From assembly GCA_035550715.1 (NCBI GenBank), contig DASZOP010000014.1, positions 1 to 37,856 on the forward strand: a stretch of DNA of 37,856 nt, given 5' to 3'. Shown in pieces: positions 25,684-32,663 of this stretch. A model generated the notes under the pieces. It made no database searches. It worked only from the letters and a program-made list of their open reading frames with translations, and was not told the origin of the DNA. Position numbers and translations under genes: made by a program. The DNA is from Gemmatimonadota bacterium. GTDB taxonomy: Bacteria; Gemmatimonadota; Gemmatimonadetes; JACCXV01; JAHWKZ01. Positions within the stretch are counted from its first letter, which is position 1. Each line of letters begins with the position of its first letter.

Positions 25684-25690
25684 CCTCCTT
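25684..25690 (-). promoter_or_regulatory. Shine-Dalgarno sequence of infC
   Basis: AAGGAGG on the minus strand, with a 5-nt spacer to the ATC start. It is the strongest SD I saw in this window. Confidence 0.6.
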
Positions 25691-25779
25691 GGCTGGTTGT
25701 CGAGGCCCTGCCGACCGGTTCGGGTGGCGAGGCCCTCACGAAAAAAGCGAGTCACCCGCCGTCCGCGGGCGCCCGCCCC

Positions 25780-25822
25780 AAAAAAACGCCGCGCCGGCAG
25801 CTGCCCGAAAGCAGCGTCGGCG
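25780..25822 (-). terminator. Putative intrinsic terminator downstream of wecB
   Basis: The minus strand reads CGCCG-AC-GCTGC-TTTCGG-GCAGC-TGC-CGGCG, then CGGCG and a T7 run. It lies about 137 nt after the wecB stop and upstream of the infC leader. Confidence 0.4.
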
Positions 25823-25958
25823 TCGCGCCATGATACCCGCGGACAGCGTGAGCCGCGTCCGTCGGGCGAGAAGCCCGGGGCTTCTGCTTCCTCTGTCGAG
25901 AGCCGTCTCCGCGAAGGGAGGCGGCGACGGAGAATGTAACGTGCAGGCAGGCGTCCGG

Positions 25959-27179
25959 TCAACGCGCCGGGCGGGTCGCCGGGCCGTGCTTCGTCCTCGC
26001 CGTCGAGCCCCTTCCCGCCACCACCTTGAGCGGCCCGACCGGCCGCCAGTTCCGCGGCCGCTGCCCGAGCCCGAGCCGCCAGGCGACCCCGCGCGCGACC
26101 CGGCTCGAGGCGCGACCGTCACCGTACGGATTGGCAGCCAGAGAGGTCCTCGCGGGCGGCGCGTCCAGCGCCGCGCCGACCGCCGCCACCACGCGCGCCG
26201 GGTCGAACCCGGCCAGCGTCAGCGCTCCCGTCTCGACCCCCTCCGGACGCTCGGTGGTCTGGCGCAGGACGATCACCGGGACGCCCAGCGTCACGCCTTC
26301 CTCCTGGAGCCCTCCCGAGTCGGTCAGGATCACGTCGCTCCGCGACAGGAGGGCGGCCATCTCGCCGTACCCCAGCGGATCGGTGAGGACCACGTTGGGC
26401 ACGCCCTCGAGCTCGGGCACGACCTCCTCGCGGACGAGGGGGTTCCTGTGCATCGGGAAGACGAAGGTGCGGCCCGGATGGGCCCGGGCGGCAAGCCGGA
26501 CGATCGCCGCCAGGTGACGGAGCCGGGGCCAGTTCTCCCGCCGGTGGAGCGTCACCGTCGCGTACGGGCCGGGCGGAAGGCCGGCCGGAAGGCGACCCCT
26601 TCCGACCGCCTGAAGGAGCGCGTCCACACCGGTCTGTCCGGTGACCAGGATCCGCTGCTGGTCGATCCCCTCTCGGATGAGGTTGGCCCGCGCCAGCGGC
26701 GTGGGGGCGAAGTGGAGATCGGACACGACCGCGGTGAGCCGGCGGTTCGCCTCCTCGGGGAAGGGCTCCTCGATCAGGCCGGTCCGCAGGCCGGCCTCCA
26801 CGTGTCCCACCGGGATCCGCTCCAGGAACGCGGCCCAGGCGATCGCGAAGGTCGACAGCGTGTCGCCCTGGATCAGCACGTAGTCGGCCTCGAGCTCGCG
26901 CAGGTGCCGCGCGGCCTCGGGCAGGATCCGCATGACCAGCTCCGGGAGCCGCTGGCGCTCGGTCATGACCCTCAGGTTCGCCGACGCTTCGATGTCGAAG
27001 ACCTCGAGCGCCTGATCGAGCTGCTCCTGGTGCTGTCCGGTGACGAGGATGAACGGGTCGATCCCGGGGGTGGCCTTGAGCTCCAGATAGACGGGCGCCA
27101 GCTTGATCGCCTCCGGCCGGGTGCCGAAGCCGAGCACGACCCGGAACGATGACCCGCGTGCGGACTTTTCCATCTCCAT
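25959..27179 (-). CDS. wecB: UDP-N-acetylglucosamine 2-epimerase (non-hydrolysing type)
   Basis: 406 aa from ATG 27179 (MEMEKS...). Motifs: VLGFGTRPEAIKLAPV, ILVTGQHQEQLD, GDTLSTFA, HVEAGLRTGLIEEPFPEEANRRL, LTDSGGLQEE. The remaining ~800 codons of the track ORF are shadow. Confidence 0.85.
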   Translation of the reverse strand: MEMEKSARGSSFRVVLGFGTRPEAIKLAPVYLELKATPGIDPFILVTGQHQEQLDQALEVFDIEASANLRVMTERQRLPELVMRILPEAARHLRELEADYVLIQGDTLSTFAIAWAAFLERIPVGHVEAGLRTGLIEEPFPEEANRRLTAVVSDLHFAPTPLARANLIREGIDQQRILVTGQTGVDALLQAVGRGRLPAGLPPGPYATVTLHRRENWPRLRHLAAIVRLAARAHPGRTFVFPMHRNPLVREEVVPELEGVPNVVLTDPLGYGEMAALLSRSDVILTDSGGLQEEGVTLGVPVIVLRQTTERPEGVETGALTLAGFDPARVVAAVGAALDAPPARTSLAANPYGDGRASSRVARGVAWRLGLGQRPRNWRPVGPLKVVAGRGSTARTKHGPATRPAR

Positions 27180-27269
27180 GGCCCCGTGCTTGCGCCCATT
27201 CAGGGGCCGGTCCATTCTCCGGCACCCGTTCCGACTCGTTAGGGGCAAGAAAGAGGCCGCTCCAGGGAC

Positions 27270-28796
27270 ATGATCGAACCCAGGACCTCGTCCGGTCGGA
27301 GGGAGACCGTCCTCGGCCTCCTCCTGATCGCCGTCGGTGCCGGCCTCCGGGCCTGGAACCTGGCGTTCCAGAGCCTGACCTACGACGAGCTCTACGAGCT
27401 CGGGCTCGGGGCCGAGCCGATCGGCCGGATCGTGCACACCGGGGACGGGTTCCCGCCCCTCTATCACGTCCTGCTCCATGGCTGGCTGAGCGTCTTCGGG
27501 CCGGATCCGGGCGCGCGCTGGCTCTCGTGGCTCCTCGGCGTCGTGTCGCTGGGCGTGGCGTGGAGGCTCGGGCGACGGACGGGAGGCTCCGCCGTGGGCC
27601 TCGGGACGCTGGCGCTCCTCGCGCTGTCCCCGGTCCACGTCTGGTACTCGCAGGAGGGACGCGCCTACATGCTGTTCATCCTCCTGGCCGGTCTCGGGAT
27701 CTGGCTCCTGCTCCGCGCGCTCGAGAGCGATGCATGGACCGACTGGATCGCGTACGCGATGGCCTCCGCGACCGGCATGTACACCCACTACTACTTCTCC
27801 TTCGTCCTCGTCGGCTGCGCCGTCGTCGTGCTGCTCCGGCGGGGGCTCGGCCGGAGTCTCGCCCGGCCCCTGGCGGCCCACGCCATGCTGGCCGCGCTCT
27901 GCGTCCCGCTCCTGTTCCTGCTTCGCGCGGACTTCCAGCTCCAGGCCGACGTCCCGACCGTCATCCGGTTCGACCTCGCGGCGCTCGGCTACACGTTCGT
28001 CTCGCTCCTCACCGGGTACACGGTCGGTCCGTCCATACGGGAGCTCCACACGATGGGGCTCGCCGAGGCCGCGCGCGGCTTTGCCCCCCTGCTGGCGGTC
28101 CTGGCGCCGGCCGTCGCCGTGCTCGCGGTCCGGGGCGGACGGGTCCTTCCGCGGGCGCGACGGCTCGACCTGGCGGTCATGATCGTCCTGCCCGTCCTCC
28201 TGGCCGGGCTCGTGGGGCAGGTCGGCGAGGTCGGCTACAACGTGCGGTACGTCGCCTGGATCGTCGTCCCGATGGCGGTGTGGCTCGGGGCCGCCGTCCC
28301 CGGCTGGCGCAGCCCCGCCGTCGCGGCTTCTCTGCTCGTCGTCGTCGGCGTCTCGGCCGTGGCGATCTGGAACCGGCATCAGGTCGACCGGTACATGAAC
28401 GAGGACGCCCGCGCCGCCGCCGCCTGGCTCGGGGAGCGGGAGGACGTGGCTCCGGTCTTCGTCATGACCGGCTACATGAGCGTCCCCATCCGCCATTACG
28501 TCGGCGGAGATCGCGAGGTGATCCCGATACGCGGCCTCCGCGGGCCCATGTCCCAACGGATCCGACGCGCCTTCGCCACGCTCGAGTCCCGGGTCGCGGG
28601 CGGCCAACCGTACTGGCTCGCCTACACCCGGTCCTTCCACGGCGATCGCGAGGGGACGATTCGGACCCTTCTCGAGCGCCGCCACGGGCTCGCACCGACC
28701 GCCCGCTTCGCCGGGATCGAGATCTATCGTGGCCGGGTCCCCGTCCGCGAGCCGACGCCGCCGGCCCGACCCGCGGTCCGTACCTCGGCCCGGTAG
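27270..28796 (+). CDS. GT-C fold membrane glycosyltransferase (ArnT/PMT-like, polyprenyl-phosphate-sugar dependent)
   Basis: 508 aa. About 11 TM segments are followed by a C-terminal soluble domain of about 150 aa. An acidic motif sits in the first extracytoplasmic loop (LTYDELYELG), with PPLYHVLLHGW and SPVHVWYSQEGRAY typical of the ArnT/PMT_2 family. It is one of only two plus-strand CDSs. Confidence 0.75.
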   Translation: MIEPRTSSGRRETVLGLLLIAVGAGLRAWNLAFQSLTYDELYELGLGAEPIGRIVHTGDGFPPLYHVLLHGWLSVFGPDPGARWLSWLLGVVSLGVAWRLGRRTGGSAVGLGTLALLALSPVHVWYSQEGRAYMLFILLAGLGIWLLLRALESDAWTDWIAYAMASATGMYTHYYFSFVLVGCAVVVLLRRGLGRSLARPLAAHAMLAALCVPLLFLLRADFQLQADVPTVIRFDLAALGYTFVSLLTGYTVGPSIRELHTMGLAEAARGFAPLLAVLAPAVAVLAVRGGRVLPRARRLDLAVMIVLPVLLAGLVGQVGEVGYNVRYVAWIVVPMAVWLGAAVPGWRSPAVAASLLVVVGVSAVAIWNRHQVDRYMNEDARAAAAWLGEREDVAPVFVMTGYMSVPIRHYVGGDREVIPIRGLRGPMSQRIRRAFATLESRVAGGQPYWLAYTRSFHGDREGTIRTLLERRHGLAPTARFAGIEIYRGRVPVREPTPPARPAVRTSAR

Positions 28797-29728
28797 ACCT
28801 CCTCGACGAACTCGACCGCGCGGACGGCCGCTTCGGGCGCGACCGATGGACGCCCGCCACGGAGGATCTCCAGGAAGTCCTCCAGCTGGGCGGCGAAGAC
28901 GGCGGTTTTGTCGTAGCCCCACCCGAAGGCGGTCCAATCGCTTGCGCCATGGCGGCGGATCCGGCTCCCCGTCCATCCCGTGCGGATCGTCCCTTCGGTG
29001 CCGTGGATCACGAAATAGTCCAGGTCCTTGGTGAAGTGGGACCAGGAGAGGGCGATCCGCCCGACGATCCCGGTTCCCAGACGGACCTGGATCTCCGCGG
29101 TATCCTCGACCGCCGGGCTCGCGATCCTGGGCCCGAAGGCCGCCGAGACGACGGACGGCTCGGTCCCGACCGCGGTCGCCAGCACGTCGAAGGCGTGGGT
29201 CCCGTTGTCCATCACGACCCCACCCCCCGACAGCTCCGGTCGCGACATCCAGCGGCCGTCCACCGCCACCGGGGCGCAGAACGCGACCTCGCAGGAGAGG
29301 GGCCTTCCGATCTCGCCCGCCTCGACGCGCCGTCGCGCTTCGTGGAGGTCGGCGACAAAGCGGAACTTGGTCGAGACCATGAGCGTCCGATCGGTCGCCC
29401 GGGCCCGCCCGACCATCGAGCTCGCGGCCGTCGAGGTCGGCGCCAGGGGCTTCTCGCAGAGGACGTGCTGTCCCGCGAACAGGAGCCGCTCGACGTGCGG
29501 CAGGTGGAGCGCGGGCGGCGTGCAGACGATCGCGGCGTCGACATCCTCTTCGGCCAGCAGCCGGTCGATGCTGGCGTGCGTCCGGCAGCGCCACCGCCCC
29601 TCGACGGCCCGACGCGCCTCGGGATCCGGATCGGCGGCCGCCACCAGGCGCGCGCCCGGGCTGGCCTCGATCGCCGCCCCGTGCTGGGCGGCGATCCGGC
29701 CGCAGCCGACGATCGCGAGGCGGATCAT
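28724..29728 (-). CDS. Gfo/Idh/MocA-family NAD(P)-dependent sugar oxidoreductase
   Basis: 334 aa from ATG 29728 (MIRLAIVGCGRIAAQHG...). It has a Rossmann N-terminus, an EKPLA motif (VLCEKPLAPT), and a C-terminal alpha/beta domain. The start overlaps the upstream GT2 stop (ATGA). The last 73 nt overlap the 3' end of the convergent GT-C gene. Confidence 0.85.
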   Translation of the reverse strand: MIRLAIVGCGRIAAQHGAAIEASPGARLVAAADPDPEARRAVEGRWRCRTHASIDRLLAEEDVDAAIVCTPPALHLPHVERLLFAGQHVLCEKPLAPTSTAASSMVGRARATDRTLMVSTKFRFVADLHEARRRVEAGEIGRPLSCEVAFCAPVAVDGRWMSRPELSGGGVVMDNGTHAFDVLATAVGTEPSVVSAAFGPRIASPAVEDTAEIQVRLGTGIVGRIALSWSHFTKDLDYFVIHGTEGTIRTGWTGSRIRRHGASDWTAFGWGYDKTAVFAAQLEDFLEILRGGRPSVAPEAAVRAVEFVEEVYRAEVRTAGRAGGVGSRTGTRPR

Positions 29729-30483
29729 CGGACGCCCCGGATCTCGATCGAGCGCCGGGGGCGCCAGTTCCGCCCGATCAGGACCAGGTACCTGAGGACG
29801 GTCCCGGGCACGTCCATCTTGCTCGCGCTCGCCTTCAGGTCGTACCGCAGGACGAGCGGGACCTCCGCGGCCCGAAAGCCGCGGGCGCGTAGCCGAAGCA
29901 GGAGGTCCAGCATGCACGAGAACCCCGTCTCCCCCACCAGCCGGCCGCCGGCGGCGAGGGCCTCGAGGGCCCGCGTGCGGTACGCGCGGAAGCCGCTCGA
30001 GTAGTCCCGCACCTCGCCCATCGGGAAGAGGCTTCTCAGGACCGCGCTCGCGACGTGGCTCAGAGCCCGCCGATGCGGGGCCACGCCGATCTCGGCGCCC
30101 CCGCTCGCGAAGCGCGAGGCCACCACCACGTCGTACCCCTCTTCGAGCCGGGCCACGAGGGCCGGGATCGTGCGCGGGTCGTGAGAGTCGTCACCGTCCA
30201 GCGTGACGACGACGTCGCTCGTCGCGAGGACGTGCCGGAGCCCGGCCTCCAGCGCGTCCCCCAGGCCCAGGCCCCGATCGAGCTCCAGGATCCCGACCGG
30301 AAGACCGGCTCCGTGCCGACGCACCTCGTCGCGGGTCCCGTCGGTCGAGCCGCCGTCGACGACGATCGCCCGCATGCCCGGGAGCTCGGCGAAGACCGCG
30401 GCCAGCTTCACGAAGAGCGGGCCGACCGCCTCCCGCTCGTCCCGCATCGGGATGACGACGGCGATCCTGGCGCCCCGGCTCAC
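29725..30483 (-). CDS. Soluble GT2 glycosyltransferase, DPM1/Ppm1/ArnC-like (polyprenyl-phosphate glycosyltransferase), copy b
   Basis: 252 aa from GTG 30483 (overlaps the upstream stop, GTGA). Motifs: VVDGGSTDGT, VVTLDGDDSHDP (DxD), GYDVVVASRF, DYSSGFRAYR, EVPLVLRYD. No C-terminal TM helices. Paralog of 34027..34791. Confidence 0.8.
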   Translation of the reverse strand: MSRGARIAVVIPMRDEREAVGPLFVKLAAVFAELPGMRAIVVDGGSTDGTRDEVRRHGAGLPVGILELDRGLGLGDALEAGLRHVLATSDVVVTLDGDDSHDPRTIPALVARLEEGYDVVVASRFASGGAEIGVAPHRRALSHVASAVLRSLFPMGEVRDYSSGFRAYRTRALEALAAGGRLVGETGFSCMLDLLLRLRARGFRAAEVPLVLRYDLKASASKMDVPGTVLRYLVLIGRNWRPRRSIEIRGVR

Positions 30484-32663
30484 GCGCGGATCGCCCTTGG
30501 CTCGGGCGCCCCGACGACGAGACGCTCGGCGGCTTCCGCGATGCGCTCGGCCAGGAGCTCCACGTGGCGCGGGCCGTGACGCTCGGTCCACGGCAGGACG
30601 AGGACCCGCGCGAGCCCCTCCCGGCAGCCCGGATATTCCTCGACCCGCTCGATCGGGTAGCGATCCCCATGCAGCGCGTACGGGTGGCCGGTGTCGCGGA
30701 ACGTCGCCCGCTCGCGAAACTGCCGGCACATGAACGCGGGCACGCGGATGTAGTTGGGGGTGCTCCAGACGCCGAGCGACCTGAGCTCGCCGGCGAGGGC
30801 GGCCGGGCCGCCCGGCACGACGTCGGCGTCCACGAGCACGACGAACCGCCACCAGGTCTGGGTGGCCTCGGGCGTGGCCGGCAGCGGGCGGAGGCCCCGG
30901 ATCCCGGCGATCCGCCCGGCCAGCCGCTCGGCCATGGCGACCCGCGTCTCGACCAGACCGCGGATCTTCCTGAGCTGCGCCAGGGCCACCGCGCCCTGCA
31001 GCTCCGACATCCGGTAGTTGAGTCCCAGGAAGTCGTGATCCGGGTCGACGGGCGCGTAGTTCCATCCCTTGTCGGCCCACACCCGCGCGCGGCGCGCGAT
31101 CCCCTCGTCCGCCGTGAGGACGAACCCGCCCTCGCCGCACGTGATGTGCTTGGTCTGCTGGAGGCTGAAGGCGGCGACATCCCCCATCGTCCCCGCCAGA
31201 CGACCGCGGTACGTGGCCAGGTACGCCTGGGCCGCGTCCTCGAGCACCGCCACGCCGTGGTCGCGAGCCAGCTCGAGGATCGGGTCCATGTCGCACGGAT
31301 TCCCGAACAGATGGGTGACCACGATGGCGCGCGTCCGCTCGGTCAGGCGCGGCCGGATCGTCGCGGCGGTCAGGTTGAGCGTGTCGGGATCGACGTCGGC
31401 GAAGACCGGGATCGCCCCCTGGAAGAGGATCGGCGAGACGGCGCCCATGTCGGTGATGGGGGTCGTCACGACCTCGTCCCCGGGCGCCACGTCCAGCGCC
31501 GCCAGCGCGGTGTGGACGGCCGCCGAGCCGGACGACACCGCCCGCGCCCACGGCACGCCGAAGAGGGCCTGGAGCTCCTCCTCGAACGCCCTCACCTTGG
31601 TCCCGTTGGGGCCGAAGAGGACGCCCGACTCGATCACCTCCCTGAGGAGCGCCATCTCCTCCGCGCCGAAGCTCCGCCCCGAAGCGTCGCGCTCCGTGGG
31701 GAGCCGGATCTCATCCATGCAGCGCTCCTTCCCGTGTCGGGCTGGCGTGCCGGTCTCCACCGTCCACCGTTCCCTGGCGAGGTCCCGGAGCGGCACGATG
31801 CGGCCCCGCCGCGCCAGCGCCGCCACCGCCTCGGCCGCCAGCTCGAGCTTCCTCTCCAGTGCAAGGTCCATTCCGGGATGGCAGCCGATCCGGGGGTCCA
31901 GCCGGTCGGCCCGGAGGGCCTGGAAATCGACCGCGTGGAACTGGTACCACACCGGGCCCCGGCGCGCGTGCGCCAGCCGCCGGACGAGCCGGAAGACCGG
32001 CTCGGGCGCGACGAAGCGGAGGGTGTGGTAGTAGGGGAGCCGGGCCCCCGGCGTCGTGCACATCGGCACCTCGACGATCGCGCGCCCCCCGACGCGCCGC
32101 AGGTGGATTCCCGACGGGCCCTTGAGGGCCTCCCACGTCGAGCGTCCGGACGGCGGCGCTTCCCGCGACCCCCGCCGGGCGATCGACGCCCGCAGGAACG
32201 GCAGCAGGATCGACGGGTAGGCCGAGGCGTCGTAGCGGTAGCCGGCCCCGGCGACGCGCGCGAGGAGGGCGGGATCGACGTCCCAGCTCGGCGCCCGGAA
32301 CCCCTGCACCTCCTCCCCGGCCAGCGCCTCGAGCGCGGCTTTGGAGCCCGAGACCTCGACCCGCAGGGCGTCCTCGTCGAGCCCCCGGAACGGCAGCCGA
32401 TGCGTCATCGAGTGGCTCGCGACCTCGTGGCCCTCGGCGACGATCCGGGCCACGACGTCGGGGTGCCGCCGGGCTTCCCCGGCGATCAGGAAGAAGGTTG
32501 CGCGGGCGCCGTCCCGGGCGAACAGCTCGAGGGCCCGCGGGACCGCCTCGCGGTACGCCGACCCGTCGTCCCGGACCTCCCGGTGCCCGTACCCCTCCAG
32601 GTGCGACGCCACCGAATCGACGTCGACGGAGAGGCCGACCGCGGGCCGACCGGGCCCCGTCAC
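30480..32663 (-). CDS. Fusion protein: NodB-type polysaccharide deacetylase (ArnD-like) N-terminal domain plus DegT/DnrJ/EryC1 PLP-dependent sugar aminotransferase (ArnB/GnnB/WbpE-like) C-terminal domain
   Basis: 727 codons with no stop, starting at GTG 32663 (overlaps the FAD gene stop, GTGA). Residues 1-315 carry LSVDVDS, ATFFLIAGEA, HEVASHSMTH and FRAPSWD (NodB motifs). From MDEIRLP (ATG 31718) onward the motifs are AVSSGSAAVHTAL, the PLP-lysine context AFSLQQTKHITCGEGG, and LNYRMSELQGAVALAQL. The junction reads ...ARHGKERC-MDEIRL... in a single frame. Confidence 0.75.
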   Translation of the reverse strand: MTGPGRPAVGLSVDVDSVASHLEGYGHREVRDDGSAYREAVPRALELFARDGARATFFLIAGEARRHPDVVARIVAEGHEVASHSMTHRLPFRGLDEDALRVEVSGSKAALEALAGEEVQGFRAPSWDVDPALLARVAGAGYRYDASAYPSILLPFLRASIARRGSREAPPSGRSTWEALKGPSGIHLRRVGGRAIVEVPMCTTPGARLPYYHTLRFVAPEPVFRLVRRLAHARRGPVWYQFHAVDFQALRADRLDPRIGCHPGMDLALERKLELAAEAVAALARRGRIVPLRDLARERWTVETGTPARHGKERCMDEIRLPTERDASGRSFGAEEMALLREVIESGVLFGPNGTKVRAFEEELQALFGVPWARAVSSGSAAVHTALAALDVAPGDEVVTTPITDMGAVSPILFQGAIPVFADVDPDTLNLTAATIRPRLTERTRAIVVTHLFGNPCDMDPILELARDHGVAVLEDAAQAYLATYRGRLAGTMGDVAAFSLQQTKHITCGEGGFVLTADEGIARRARVWADKGWNYAPVDPDHDFLGLNYRMSELQGAVALAQLRKIRGLVETRVAMAERLAGRIAGIRGLRPLPATPEATQTWWRFVVLVDADVVPGGPAALAGELRSLGVWSTPNYIRVPAFMCRQFRERATFRDTGHPYALHGDRYPIERVEEYPGCREGLARVLVLPWTERHGPRHVELLAERIAEAAERLVVGAPEPRAIRA

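Noticed and set aside
27180-27269. The divergent wecB/GT-C intergenic region as a regulatory site: inverted repeat GCCGG-N8-CCGGC, and a purine-rich AAGAAAGAGG before the GT-C ATG.
   Set aside because: The 5-bp arms in GC-rich DNA are expected by chance, and there are no convincing -10/-35 elements. Noted but not annotated.
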